Shown: positions 23,714-37,549, counted from the first letter of the stretch. The stretch: DNA of 64,000 bases from Moniliella sp. 'wahieum' (GCA_003971905.1 RSEE01000001.1:558001-622000); one strand, 5' to 3'. Numbers and translations: made by a program. The notes: generated by a model from the letters alone, not told the origin.

Positions 23714-24840
23714 ATGCCCACCGCATTTTTCGTCGGTCTTGGATTTATCGGAGGCACTGTCTTCTCCCACCTTCGCGCTGCCCGGCCTCACCCAAGATCA
23801 AAGCCTTGGCGTCGTGAGGAGGCTGTTGCGAAATTACACGAGCTTGGGGTGGAGCCTGTGCGCGGGACATTGGACGATGTTGATGTGATCAAAGCTGTCG
23901 CTGCGGATCCGGGTGTGGATATTATCTTTCACATTGCAACGGCAGATCACGTTCCCTCAGCCCAGGCCATTGCCGAGGGTCTGCGCTCCCGTCCCAAGGG
24001 CTCTCCCAAGGCCGTCTACATCCACACGTCGGGTACCGGTGAGCTGGTGGATGGTAGTCATGGAGATTTTACTGCCAAAGAGGACTACACCTTTCACGAC
24101 GCGACGGCCGCCCCTAGACGACCGGTTGAGTCCAAGTGCACCTCACCGTGATGTGGATCTCAAGGTGCGGGAACTGATTGCTAATCCCTCGGCCGAGAAG
24201 GAGTTTAATGTGCGGGCGGCCATCATCCTTCCGCCCCTGATTTACGGGATTGGGTCCGGTCCGTTCCACCAGATTAGCATCCAGATCCCGTCTTACATCA
24301 CTGCTGCTTTGGATCTCGGTCATGCGGTCTACGTGGGAGGGGGCAACGGCGTTTGGAACGCAATTCATGTTCAGGTTCTTGCGACTGCGTATCTGACCGT
24401 TCTTGAACACCTCGAGGCTACCGAGCCTGGGGCCGAAGACAATCCGTACTTCATTGCCGAAACCCAAGGTGAGTGGTCTCTCCTTTGAGAAGGAGACCGA
24501 TATTCTTGCTGACGCCCATATTCTCTTCCAAATAGTGTTCAAGTGGCGTGACCTGGTTCAAGCCATTGCCACTGCGCTGCACTCGCAAGGTACTCTCCCT
24601 TCTGCGGAAATTGCTCAGATACAGAACGACGAGTGGTCTAAAATGCCTGTGCCCCATCCTGACCAGGCTTGGGGCTCGTTTGCAGACAACTCGCTGGGAA
24701 AAGTGAACACTTGGCTGCCATTGGGTGGGTGCCTCCTACGTCGTTCCCTTCGGTTCTGCAAAGCATCGAGGAAGTGGAGGTGGCCGACTTCCTCCCGGCA
24801 ACGCCAAGCACCAGTGAGATGTGCTTGCATCGCAGATGAC
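23714..24840 (+). CDS. NAD(P)-binding Rossmann protein (atypical SDR, epimerase/dehydratase-like)
   Basis: FFVGLGFIGGTV, VEPVRGTLDD, YIHTSGTG, PHRDVD, IILPPLIYGIGSG, WNAIHV; intron near 24469-24535. Confidence 0.85.
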
Positions 24841-26039
24841 TTGTTGAACCCACACCTTTATTCTATGTCCACCCGCACAGGCAAATGTCGATGTGGGCTC
24901 TTCCACGTTTTGTTGGTCTTATATATATAGCATAGCTAATCGAAAATGCCGGTAACAAGGTTCCGGATAGATATGTGAGGACTACGTACGAAATTCAAGG
25001 TGGGCAAGGCCCACAAGATTGTGCACCAGAAATTTCGATTAGCCATTAGTAGGTGACACAGTCAATCGTGCGATGGGGCTGATTCAAGCATAGCCCTTCT
25101 AGCTTATTGCCACTTACCCTACACCGCCACAGCTATTACGCGTTCTTGTTTCGGCCCCAGCATTTTATCCGCAACGCTCAACAGTCTCCGCTTCGCTTCC
25201 CTTTCCCTTGTATCATAGAGGCAGAGGCAGACCAAGATACGATTGAAGTAAGGTGTCACCACTGCAAATTGCCACGCACAATATATATGGCAGGGGCCAT
25301 CAACATCTATAAGTGACCCCACCGACGAATACAATCGTTCGGCCGTTTTCACTTCACTCCCGGCTTCATGCTTGGAAGAAACATATCTAACCCCATCTAC
25401 ATCTGATTCCGGTTCCCTCCCGACTCCGAGGGCTCTCGTCTCTATTCCTTTCCTCATCGCTTCGTTGCCCTCCCTCTCTGTGTTGCATATATAACTCTCT
25501 CATTCTTAATTCAACAACTCTCTCGCTTTTTCCTTTTGCCTCTCATTTCCATTGCGAGCCTCTCTTCGCTCTGTCGAACTTCTTTTGGGCTCACCTATCT
25601 GCTGAGTGATCCTTCCCCCTCCGAATCCATGTTGGCGTTTGCAGAACTTCAAACAAGGGGACAAAGGAACGCTGCGCCTATCAGGCTTAATTGCCTGTAA
25701 CGAAGTAGGCAAAACGTTGAATTGAACTAGCTTGAACGCTCAGGCTGAGCCTCATCGCTGAGCCAGCCATCATTAAATTGGTCCCGTGATGCATGGATGC
25801 ATGATGTATGCCCCCAGCAACGTGCGGGTGCGAAAAGCAGTGTTTCCGCTGGACGGCATCAGATCTTCAGCTGCTGGCTTGCACCACATATTGTTACCTA
25901 AGCACGCCGCCCTGGCTCCACGTTGCATTTCCCGTCGCCATCGCGCTCAAGGGGGTTCGGTTGAACGCCTGAGGCTGAGGCATACACCGAAGCAGCTTCC
26001 TGATTGCCCCACCACCCCCCATCCCCACACATCGCCGCC

Positions 26040-26999
26040 ATGGCTGAGACGGACCCCACTGCGGACTTCCTCGCGCGAGAGCGCGCTGCTCTCGGCGACC
26101 TGGCTGCCGATAGCGACCTTCTCGGTGTCGGCGCTCCGGCCCCGGCCCCTGCCCTGCCTGACGACACGACCTCTCGCTTCCCTGCTATTGGCGATGATGG
26201 CGAGCTGACTGCGGAGCCTGCCGCGCCCGAACCTCCGGTGCTAACTTCCAGCGGCTTTGGCTTTGATGATCCCGTCGTTCCTGCTCCAGCCGTGCCTCAG
26301 GCTGGAGCTGACATGGCTGCGTCCTTGTTTGCTGTGGATGATGATGCCGACACGACAGCCCGCAAGGCTGCGTTCGAAGACCAGTTCCCTGCGTTCAATG
26401 ACCCCGAGCTCGATCAGGCGATCGCTGATGCAGCTCCCGCTGCAGTTGCTCGTGAGGAACCAGAGGTGGCGAGCCACACGTTCCAGTTTAACTCGGGTCC
26501 TTCTATGGCTGTAACCCCTGCCAACCCGTATGATGATGAGGAGGAGGCGGGGGAGCCTGAGGCAGTGCGTGCCTGGCGCTCCCGACAAGCCGACGACATT
26601 GCGGCTCGCAATGCAACGGCTGAGAGGCTTAAGGGCGAGACAATCTCGCGTGCAGAGCGCGAGATCGATACATTCTACGAGGAATACAATACGAAGAAGG
26701 AAAAGACCATCGCGAAGAACAAGTACGTTTTATCATTTCGCTGCCGGAAAATACCAGGTGTGACTAACTCTTGTGGTTACAGGGAGAATGAGGCGGCGTT
26801 GCTGGCACAGCGGGATAAGGACTTGGTTGAGGGCACGACTTGGCAACGGGTCAACAAATATCTAGGACTCGAGTCGGATCAGAGCAAGACGATCGCCAAA
26901 CCTCCCCAGGGTGCCGCCGTGGACAACACTCGGATGCGTGACCTCTACCTGTCCCTGGCCAAGGAGGGCGAGGCTGCTCCTGGAGCGGCTGGGTATTAA
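26040..26999 (+). CDS. CLC1: Clathrin light chain; intron 26723-26782
   Basis: DPTADFLARERAALGD, FEDQFP, EPEAVRAWR, AEREIDTFYEEYN, GTTWQRV, APGAAGY*. Confidence 0.93.
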   Translation: MAETDPTADFLARERAALGDLAADSDLLGVGAPAPAPALPDDTTSRFPAIGDDGELTAEPAAPEPPVLTSSGFGFDDPVVPAPAVPQAGADMAASLFAVDDDADTTARKAAFEDQFPAFNDPELDQAIADAAPAAVAREEPEVASHTFQFNSGPSMAVTPANPYDDEEEAGEPEAVRAWRSRQADDIAARNATAERLKGETISRAEREIDTFYEEYNTKKEKTIAKNKYVLSFRCRKIPGVTNSCGYRENEAALLAQRDKDLVEGTTWQRVNKYLGLESDQSKTIAKPPQGAAVDNTRMRDLYLSLAKEGEAAPGAAGY

Positions 27000-27470
27000 G
27001 AACTTGGAGCACACTACCCCTAGTGGCTAATGGCTGCCGGGAGGGTGCTGCGCTTAATTCACTATCAATGACTATGACCCATTTGCTGGTCATGCTCTGC
27101 GCTCTGTTATTGGTGCAGCTAGCAGGCAAGATGAATCTACACATGGGCATATTGCCATGCCTCCTCATCCTCATCCGCGTTTATCGCTAGTCCGATGCTG
27201 GCGCAACACTCTAGCCACCAAAAGCCCCTAATAGATGACATTGACATCGTCCTCAGTACTTTAGAGCAAAACGTCTTTTGATGGTTACGAGAGATGATGA
27301 AACCTTACGTGCCTCGAGGGGGTTTGGCCTGGACAAGTATCGCTTCTGCCTCAGTCCTTGGGGACAAGGTCATCTCGGAGATGGCCTTGGTGGCTTTTGG
27401 ACTCATCTGGTAGTGAAATTTCATTGACAACGTGAAATGCAGCATTTCCCTAGCAGGATCGCAGAGGCTG

Positions 27471-28207
27471 ATGCGCCGATGCGGCCCAAGTCATTCTGGT
27501 GGGGCGTCCGAAGGGCGGGAGACAGCTATCTGGTCCCTCCCCCTCCACCATCGCATCCTGCCCCAACATCCTCCGAGCAATGTGCTTTCTCCTCCGCAAA
27601 AGCCCGTTCCACCCCGTTCTGAGCTGGCATGGCGCCTGGCGCTGGATGCTAATGATAAGCTCGGCTGCTACGATGTGCGTGTCGGTGTTTTCGAGCGCGA
27701 GCAGGGCTTTTCGCCCGAGGATGAGGTGGACAGTTGGGACGAGCCGGCGGCTCATTTCGCACTGTACACCACCAGTGATCCCAGCAAGGTCATTGGCACG
27801 ATGCGGTTCGTTACTCTCCCTACCCGGGTGAGAGTCGCCCGGTCCCGTTGCCCCTCCCTTCTGATCCCCTGGGTCCGGCTGAAACAGAGGAGGCGGTAGT
27901 TGCTCGCTTCCGCAAGGCTTTCGCCTCCGCTGGCAACACGGGTGTTGTCGGGGCTAAACTAGGCCGGCTCGCAGTGCAATTGCCTCATCGCAAGGGCGGT
28001 ACCGGTAAGTTCCTGGTTCAAGCGGCTGAGTGGTGGCTGTACACCGCCCTGGCCCCAGGAAATGAGGGCAAGGTATGCACGATCAAGCTGGGAGCCCAGA
28101 TACCAGTTCAAGGATTCTACGAGAAGTTGGGTTACGCCCCAGTAGGGGAGCCATTTGATGATGCGGGCCAGCCACATATCATGATGGTTCGCTCGTTTAC
28201 CCTCTAG
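27471..28207 (+). CDS. GNAT acetyltransferase (ElaA/YjcF-like); start approximate
   Basis: CYDVRVGVFEREQGFSPEDEVDSWD, VIGTMR, KLGRLAV..HRKGGTGKFLV, GAQIPVQGFYEKLGY..GEPFDDAGQPHIMM. Confidence 0.88.
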
Positions 28208-29284
28208 TAAGGATTGCCACTTCATGCCTTTACTGTAGTGCAGATACGAGACGTTGGTCTCGGCATGTGCTCGTGTAGGGTGCAGCTGATGAAGCGTTGG
28301 AGGCGGCATGGACCAATGGGTGAATCGAGCTCCCCATCGGGGTAATGACACAAAAGTTAGTAGAAAGGCTGGGTTTCGGTTAGCTCGAGATCTGATCCCC
28401 AAACGTCTGGATCTTCTGGACCACGGCCACAAGTCGCCAAGAAAACGCTCCACGTTCAAGTGGAAGGTTGGACCGCACAGACCTCACACGAGTTGAACGT
28501 GAGGTCCGCCACCATCTGCTCCTCCAAATGCTCTCCAGCTCCCATCACTCGCATTAGTCAGTATACGCATCGCCCCACACCCGTCCCTCCCCCTTCCTCC
28601 ACAGTCTGCTCGTTGTGGATGTGGGTATCGAAGATGGAGTGCAATAGCTCCGCCGGTGTTATGGACACGGTGGAACGGTGGAATGCAGCACCCAAGCTGG
28701 GCGGCAAGAGGACTCAGATCCCTCAGATGCTCAGAGTGTACCAACTGGACGCAGGGAATGGCATTATTAACACCACCATGGCCAACAGCGCCAAGGAAAA
28801 GAAGTATGGGTGTCACATGTCACGTGCCACATGCCACATGCCACATGTCACAAGTCACGCGTCACGCGCGATACGGGTCGCGTGATGGGGGCAGGAGACG
28901 GGGCATGTGCATGATGCATGGTCATCGATCAGATCAGCGCTGCGGCGCAGCAGCGACAGGCAGAACTCGGAACAGCGCGCAGCCTTGCGCAGCTCCTCAC
29001 TCGCTCGCTCAGCCAGCGCTCGCCGTCACGCGTCACACGCAGCTGGGGTCACCGGTCACCAGGGTCACCCGTTAGTTCCCATGGGCGCACACTGCCCGTT
29101 TGCCCCATTCCATCGCCGCCTTGCCCGCCGCATGCCACAGCAGCCACAGCAGCCACAGCAGTGCCACAGCCCGCCGTCGCTCCTTCCCCGCGTTGCGCCA
29201 GGTTGCGCGCCCAAGCTCCAAGCTTGAGGCCGAGGGAGGACGGATGTGCGATCGATGAGCCCAATGGTGAGTGTCCGCGGCAGA

Positions 29285-29371
29285 TGGATGAGTGGATGAG
29301 TGGATGAGTGGATGAGTGGATGAGTGGATGAGTGGATGAGTGGATGAGTGGATGAGTGGATGAGTGGATGA
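29285..29371. repeat. Perfect 8-bp tandem repeat (TGGATGAG), 10 full copies plus one partial
   Basis: Read directly from the sequence. Confidence 0.95.
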
Positions 29372-30289
29372 TCGATGATCGATGAGGCCGATGAGGCTGG
29401 CAACCGGTGAGGCGGTGAGGCTAACCCTGAGGCTCAGGCTTGAGGCTCAGCCGGAACTGCGCAGACATGGTGTCGGCTGGGTGCTGGGCTGGCGCGCTGC
29501 CGGCGCGAACGGGCGCAGGCTGCGCTGCCGCCCAACGCCACCCAGCGCCTCCGCGGCTGCGGCGTGGGACCTGTGCCAGACAGCGGTGCCTGGGTCTGAT
29601 GATCTGCGCGTGACATGCGGCGTGTGCGCGTGATGCGGATGTGTGACGGGGCGGAGATCTGCGCAGGAGCAGTGTGTGCACCACGCGCGCCGCTGCCATA
29701 GGGTTCGCTCGCTCCGTCACGCGTCAGGTCGCCCAGCGTGGCCCCAGACGGCGGCAGCCGCCAGGCGCAGGCACCAGGCCGCAGGCAGGCGGCCCTGCTT
29801 GCCCCTTGCTCCGCCCGCCGCCATTCGTTTTCGATTTCGGGCTCCGGGTCGTTTTCGCTCTCCCATCGCCACCCCGCCGCTTCCCTCCTGCCCTCCTGCC
29901 TTCCCTCCCCCTCCCCCTCCCCCTCCCCTCCCCCCCTCCCCCCCCTCCTCCCCGAGGCTGTGCCTGTGCCTCTGCAGACTCCCGAGCCTAGGTCTGGGCC
30001 TCAGCCGAGTGTGGTACGTCCATTGGCGCTCTCAGCGGCCCTGCTCTCACCTTCGTCCGCCTCGGCTCGCTAACCCACGCGCCCAGCTTCTGCCCTTCGG
30101 CTTACGCTCACCATCTTTCACGGAACCTTGCGTTCCAGGCGAGCGCCCCGTGTCCGCCTCCACCCACTCCCCGCCCCCCTTTTCATCGCCGCCACCCTCA
30201 TTTCGTCTCAGCCGCTCCGCCCTCCAATACACTTCCTCCATTGAGTCCGCCTTGCACCGCCAACACTTCTCTCAGGCGCCCCATTCAGC

Positions 30290-33016
30290 ATGGCCCGCGT
30301 GTCTTCCCTCCGCCACGGGCGGGGCCACTCCCGCACTGCGTCTTTGTCTGTCTCCTTACCGCCTCGACCGTTCACTGGGCATTCAAGCATTGATTCGGCT
30401 ACCGAACTCGCCCCCGGCCTCTTCACTCCTCAGCTTTCGCCATTTCCTTCCGACCTAGGCATGCCCCCCTTCCAGTTGCGGTGGAGGACACATTGTTCGA
30501 TCCCGCCCCTGCTGCCTCATCTTCCCCCTCCATGTGCCTTGCCCAGATCGTGCCCGAGCCCAGTGAAATTTCGCCGGTGGAGCCTATGTCTGCGCCGGTC
30601 ACTCCAAGGAACGTGGTCCCGCCTCTTCCGCCCCCGCCGGACTCCATTCCCTCACCTGCCTCTACTCCAACGCCAGCCACTGTACACACTCGCCGGCCTA
30701 GCAGACATATCCGTCAGCCAAGCATGTCCACTGGACGTCAGAGTATGGAGATCCTTGCTGGCCCAGCGGATGCTCGGCCTTCTTCAATTTGCAGTGCGAG
30801 CACTCAGCCTTCGGCAGCTTCGTTGATTTCACCAGAGTCCTCGATTCCAACTCTGATGAAGCCTCAGCTAGCTTGGCGGTGGCCTCAGCAGCGCAAGAAT
30901 ATTACCCGTTCCAACGACTTGTCTACGTCACCCTCCGGCAGTGACACTGAGGACGATGCATCTTCCCCAGATAGCCGTCTCAGCTCACTCTCAAAGCTGG
31001 AGGGTCGCACCTCTTCTCACCCTCGCCTCCCCTCTGCCAGCCGCCCCATCCTCAAGAACTCGATGCATAATGACCCTAGGGAACGCAGGATCCAGAGTGG
31101 ACCCCTCCTCCGCTTCAGCCTTCCTCCTCCCTCCCGCCCCACTTCGTTTTCCTCCTCATTGCATGGTGGCGAAAGACAGCTCCAGCTCCCTGATTTCGAC
31201 GAATTGCACGGTGCCGATGGGATCAACTCAGCCCGCACGTCTCGTATTTTGGAGGCGAATGAACACTTAACTGCGAATGCCGACCGCAGGGAACGAGATG
31301 GGCCACTTTTCGCTACGCGACCCCGTTCCAGGCCTGTTTCGTTCAGTCTTTCAGCAAGGACTGGAGAAACTGGGGAGGAAGGGCTGGCACCGCTGGTGGA
31401 AGAAGAAGGGGAAGAGGACGAAACTTCGGAGGGCACTCGGGCCGCCAACGCTGCTTTTCTTCGCCGCCAGCGCCCCGCCAGCCTGCTTCTCTCGGCTGGC
31501 TTTCGAGCTGGCTTGGCCTCGCATCCGTACGCCCTGTCGGGCTCTGGCTTGCGCACTGGCCACGCCCGGGCCCACACCGTTCATCCCACCCCTTCTACTC
31601 CTGCCATGAAGGAAGTGCCCTCGCCCGCTCCGGACATGCCGTTGCCGCCCTCATCCGAGCCTCAGTGCCCCACTACTTTCGATTCCCCCATTAGCTCTGA
31701 GCTTGAATCTGAGACGGACTCTATTTCCGAACCCGAGGCCGAGGTTCTTGATTCCCCTCGAGATGAGATGCCTCCTCGTCCGGTGAGTACGCCACTTCGC
31801 GCCTTGCGACTTGGCACGTCACCTGTACCATTAGCAGGAGAAACTATGGCTCCCATGCGGAGGATGGGCGGCGTGGGTTACACAAGGCCCGTGGCCGTGG
31901 AAAGGACCAAGTCCAACGCTTTCGTCTGTCTCACTTCCACTCTCGCGGCCTGGATCGCGCACTGCGCTTGCACACCCTTCGGAGGACCGTGGGAGAGAAC
32001 GTGAGCGGGAACGTGACACTGCTGCGCTCGAATCTGCCCGAAATCAATTGGCCATGGTTCAACAAGAGTTGCGCACCCAAACCATCCGTCATGCCGACCA
32101 GTTTGCCGCTCTTCAGCGTGCCAAGGCCGATGAGATGAGTGCGTTGCAGGCCCAGGTGGACGAACTTAAAGGTCGGCTGGCTACGGTCGAGACGCGCATG
32201 CAGGCCGCAGACCAGGAACTGGAGCGTTGGCCAGCTCTGCTGGCTCAGACTGAAGGCCGGGCTGCTGCGGCAGAACGTGCTGCGCTCGACGCCCAGCGTG
32301 CCGTGGAACAAATTCAAATGGCGTTTTGGGCACAGTATCAAGCCCGCGCTGAGGCGGAAGCTCAATTGGCGCTGTGGCGTGAAAGCACGCAACCCTTGTT
32401 TGCTCATGAGCCTCCCCTCTCCTGGCAAGCGACACAGGCTCCGCCTCTGTCTGTCCCTCTACCTTCTTGTCCCGATGTTCCTCTTCCTGCGAAGGAAATG
32501 GAAGATGTGGATGCATACGTGCAAAGCAGAATGAGCCCCACAACATCTGATCATGTTAATATTTTACCCTTCCAACAGGTTGGAGAGGGAACTTCCCCTG
32601 TGCCATGGCAGCAGGCCGTTGTCTCGAACGAAGCCGGGCCCAGCCTTGTTCATTCGCAGGATGGCCATGTACCGCCTGACCAACTACGCTCACGAGCCTC
32701 CTCTTCTGGTTCATCTTTACCCAGCTGGCGGCCCAGCGATGCCGATGGTCCTCCGACCCCATCGGAATCCAACGAAAGTCACGAAGTGCGCTCGCCAGCC
32801 GATGGCGAGACCCTGATGGGACTACCGCCTCTTGTCCGAGCGCTGAGTGCGGGCGACTTGATGCCCCTCTGGTCATTCGCCCAAGCTCAGCAAAGCCCGT
32901 CACGTACGTCAACCGGCTGTGCCCGCCCTGCCTCTACAACCTCTTCCACCCCCTTGCGAAGGGGGACTTTTTTACCCGGGCCCTCGTTCACTTCCTTCCC
33001 TATCCGACCCCGATGA
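30290..33016 (+). CDS. Hypothetical Ser/Pro-rich protein with a central coiled coil (frameshifted ORFs 30290/30481/32048)
   Basis: Long consecutive + strand ORFs; MARVSSLRHGRGHSRTASLSVS; heptad segment LQAQVDELKGRLATVETRMQAADQEL. Confidence 0.65.
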
Positions 33017-33923
33017 GCTGGACATGCCCGCGTTGCCGCTCTACCAGTCTGACTGGACACCTTGAGACGAGAGTTCTACCCCGTTTCGCCTTTCCTTTTA
33101 CGCTTCAACCTCACGCTCCCTCATCCGTCTTTTACTTTTTTTGTTCCGCGCCTTCGACCTTCACTCAGCTGGGCGCAAATGGACAACTCTCTTGCTTCTA
33201 GCAGGTACTTTCCTTGATGCGGCATCTGTGCATACCATCCACACAGCTCGCCCTGCAGATAGCTGATTCTCCTGTATTTCTATGCCATCCGCATTTGGCA
33301 CTTGGTGAATGGAACTGATCGGAAGAACTTTGGGCTGGAGACAGCGACGCTTGGTGCCGTGTCCTGCCTGTCACGTGTTGCGCGTCGTTTCACTCACCGG
33401 TCACTAGCTTGGCGCTCAATTATTCAATCGGGGTAACTCGCAAATAGACATCGGTAAGTCGATAAAGCGATAAGCGATCGTCGATGATCGATGATCATCG
33501 ATAGTAGGCCCGAAAGCATGATCGATGGTCGTTTTGACGTTGCGGCTCGTTTGCGGCAGAGGCAGTCTAGACATCGCCATCCGAGGGACGCCAACAGAGT
33601 GCGAGGCCAGCCCACTTCGTACGGTAACATGGAACACACGTTGGACGCTCACCGTATTCAGGCCTCTGTTCCAGGAATCGAGAGGACTCGGCGACTCCGG
33701 TTACTCTCCACCTCCCCGTTTATTCATAGCGCTCTACCCACACAGCTCAGCGCTCCGGCGCTCCGGACCAACCCATAATGTGAAGAGGCCAGCGGCCTTC
33801 GAACAAAATCCAAGGCGCCCATCCACTTCACCCGTTTTGGAAGTTCGCGCTCCCCCCCCCTCATCAAAGATGGGAGGGAGGAAGAGTGCTGTCCACAGTG
33901 AACAGCCTGGGCTTCGATGTGCA

Positions 33924-34240
33924 ATGGAAAACGAGGAGGGCGAGGTGATGGCCGAGCCGGAGATCGAAGATGATCTCGATGATCCCTCCATTCGTATGTA
34001 TACACCCCTTCCCCCCACACCGAGAGTTGGAGTTCTCAGCAAAACGCCAGTCTCGGTGCTGGACACAACCTGTCACCAATACGTAACGGGTATCCCGAGT
34101 CATATAGAGTGGGTTGTTGGTCTACTGACATACTGACAGGCAATTCAGCAGAAGGAGCGATACGAAGCAACATTCTGTCCACAGCTTCGATCGCTTCCAT
34201 TGCTAGAGAGAAGTATTAAACCACGTCCGAAGAGTTTTAC
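33924..34240 (+). other. Possible short or decayed intron-containing gene, weakly TAF11-like
   Basis: Acidic start MENEEGEVMAEPEIEDDLDDPSIR, GTATGT donor, CTGAC..CAG acceptor, QKERYEA segment; frames do not join cleanly. Confidence 0.25.
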
Positions 34241-34973
34241 ATAGTAGGACGACAGCGACAACGCGCCGAGAATAGATAGATTTGGGAGCTAGCCGGTCCT
34301 CTCCCGCAACTTCCCTGAGGTTGCCAAATATGTGCTTGGTATATCCCCCAACCCGCTCCATCAGCCCTCCTATATCGCATGAAAACGTGCACCACACCAT
34401 AGGACATTCAGCCGCGATGTATCTGCGTATCTGCCATTTTATGTGCCTTTCTGTTGAACACCCGCGTGTGTTATAAATAGATCGAGTCTCCATCGGCCTT
34501 CAAGCTTCAAGCTTCAAGCTTCATCTCACAGTCGCACGCGGGCGCAACACACTGCAGGCAGTTTTGGGCCATCCCGCCGCAGCCACATTCCTATCCGCGT
34601 CAACCTGAGCATCACTTTCGGGATCTGTGCTCCAGGCTGCTTATTGACACGATGGTGCTCAGAGCCATGATGCATCAACTCGTTCGTTGGTGATAGTATT
34701 ATTATTTGTTCCCTATAGTACTAGGAACTTCACCTTTACTCATTTTCGCCTTGTTGGCCCCAGGTTCCATGGGTCACTCTGGCCGTTCACTGCCACCACC
34801 ATCGCCCCAGCGTAACATCGTTGCCCTCCCCACGCGTGTCTGTTTCTGCAGCTGCGCCCGACCAGAATTCTCGTTTCATTGTTTCAGGTCTCCCCACTGC
34901 GGCGCAGTGCAGGTGATTTTACCTGATCGAACGCACCACCACCTGACCAACATCCCTTCCCAAGCCTACCGCT

Positions 34974-36319
34974 ATGGCCGACGAGACCGCGTTGGATGGC
35001 GGCCTCAGGCGGTATCCAGCGCCTAAGCAAACGTCTGTACGACGCCTTGGTTCGCGACATGGTATCACAGTCTGCTGTCAACTGGCGGTTGACTGCCAAG
35101 CGCCGCCGCGCCGAGACGATTGGGGACGTGTGTCATACGTGCGGCCAGCGGTGCGCTCTGTTCTCTCTGGGCATATGCTCCGTGGGAGCTGGTACCGAAG
35201 ATACCTCCAAAGCTGCTTCGTCGAGCTCCCAAGACGCGACGCTCAAAAGCGGACCTCCGCCTTCCTCGAGTGGATCAACTTCCCCCAACTCAGCTGCTGC
35301 GTCGGCCACCACGTCAGTTGTCACCCCCTCAGGCAGCCAAGCTGGCAAACCCGACATGTATGCCCAGAACCCCTCTTTGAATGCGTGGTATGCTCGCGCC
35401 AAGTGAGTAGCAATCGTTATGCGGTTCATCTTGCCAAGTGCCTTGGCATTGGTTCAAGCGGCAAGGCAGCCAGTGCTGCTCGCAAGCAGGCTCTCTCTGC
35501 CCGCAACTCACCCACCCCCAATGCTACTCCCGACACCTCAAGTCTCCTTTTATCCACCCCACGAGTTCAAGCTGCATTGGAAGCTCGCAAACGCATCCGC
35601 GCCCCGGACGGTCACTTACTCAAGCCGAACTCCAAACGGGGCGATGCTCGGGACGAGGAGGCCGGGGCCGCCAAAAAAGAGTAGGTCTCCCCTCCCCGCT
35701 TTCGTTTTAGCATACTAACCATCGTGCGTCCCATATTTAGCCGTGCACTCGATCACGTCTCGTGCAGGAAACAGTACCGTTTTTGCTGCCTCACCCTTGA
35801 ACCCTAATGTGGCCAGCGCGCGGGCGTCACCAGCTCCCAGCGGGACAGAGAGTGTCAAGAGCCAAGACCGAGCCAGACCCAAGCTCAAAACCTCTAGCTC
35901 CATCACTGCTGACACGATCGAAGTCGACAAGAAGGGCAGCCTGCCCCCTGGCCACACCCGGGCTAGCCCGCCTAATCTAAGCTCTCCGGCGTGGCACAAA
36001 CCAGGCTGGGCAGTCCAGATAGTGTATGGCCTTTGCTCCCATTCATTTTGCTCAACAGAGTGTGGTGACTGACTGCTTGTGCTTTTGGTAGCAGATGTCC
36101 TCTTCGGCCCTCTCGGGCCAGGATCAGAAAGCGAAGAGGATTCAGATCATGGTCTTTGGGAAAGTGGAAGCGAAGACGGTTCCAATCCGAACGCTTCACA
36201 ACCGTCTGCATATCCGACGGCGCGATCAGTGGCGGCGGCGACGACGACGAGGCGACGGCGCTGACAACCTGGACGATAACGAAAGTGACCTGAGCGACAA
36301 CAGTATACTCGACAACTAA
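34974..36319 (+). CDS. SGF11: SAGA DUB-module subunit Sgf11-like zinc-finger protein
   Basis: N-terminal helix LSKRLYDALVRDMV; CHTCGQRC; LFECVVCSRQVSSNRYAVHLAKCLGIG. Confidence 0.82.
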
Positions 36320-36653
36320 TCTTATCCATCAATATTGCGGCAAATCATGGAATTACCATCGCTTGCGTCAAATCATGGGATTGCCATCGCAACAACAGCA
36401 GAAGAAAGACAGCCTAGGTCCCCCAGCATCACACACTCAAGGTTATGTTTCTATCGGGGAAGAAGTGAGGGCAAGAGCCATGGTGGACACAGCCACACTC
36501 AGATCCGACAACGGGAACAGCTGACAAGAGGCGAGACGGACGAAGGCGTGGATGGAAGTGAAACGACGTAATGAGGGACAAGTAACATGAAAGGCGGGTA
36601 TGCAGAGCACTGAGTACTGAATTCATAGGGACAAGCAACCAGGGGTGAGCCAT

Positions 36654-37109
36654 TTAGTGACCAGCACGGCGCGTTCAGCAATCACGTTCTGCAGAGCCTC
36701 GACCTTTGCCTTAGCACGCTTGAGGGTGCCGAGGCGTTCTTCATGAAATTGCGAGCGCGCTTGTCCTACAAATGAGCCACAAGTCAGTACAAAAAGTATT
36801 ACCAGGACGCGATCAGCATTAGAGCATCCCCCCCCCCCGCAGCCAGGGTCGTATAGGATGCCCAGTCCAGAAGTATAACGCACCTTGGAGTTGCGGAGGA
36901 GTTCCATGGCGCGCCGTTCGTAAGGAGCAAAGCCAGCGACCTCACGGATGACCGACTTGACAATCAGGTTGCGCTGCGACGTGTGGCCCTTCATCGCGGA
37001 CGAGCGAGGAACCACGCGGCGCTCCGTCTTGTGGCCGCGGGAAATGCCCCAGGCGAGGCCGGAGCGCGAACAGTGGGCTTAGGATGGGGTTGGACGAGTT
37101 GCGGACCAT
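36654..37109 (-). CDS. RPL36: 60S ribosomal protein L36 (eL36), with intron(s)
   Basis: RGHKT, VKSVIREVAGFAPYERRAMELLRNSK|DKRAR, RLGTLKRAKAKVE, AGH*. Confidence 0.95.
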
Positions 37110-37549
37110 GGCGGCGAGTAGGTTGGCTGACGGCAATCTGCAGCTAGCTATCGTGCGCTCAAAGCATTAGCGGTTGAGCGCACCTAACCCGGACGGCAGG
37201 GCAGAACCCTATCACACCCACTGCGGCAGATATCCCGCTAGGGTTCCAGAGTCAGGCATGGCAACCAATACCGGTCACGTGACCTCCAGAACCTGTGTTC
37301 CGCGGCCGTCACGTGCTTGCTGTCCCAGATACTGAGGGCGTTGAAATTGAGGTTAGCAGCCCTGACATGCTGACGCATGAGCAAGCGAGGTGATGTCGAT
37401 TATTATGCCACAACGATAATTACGCCAAAAGTCTTGACGCGCACGTTGGGTGTGTTGGGGTGGAGCGGGCGGCTGAGCTCTCGATCCATTGCGCCAGGAG
37501 GGGATGAGCTCAAGCGGGTGGGCCCTCCCCCTGGTACCTTTCTCTCGTT

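Noticed and set aside
29285..29371. Interstitial telomere
   Set aside because: The TGGATGAG unit does not match TTAGGG-type repeats; treated as a simple tandem repeat.
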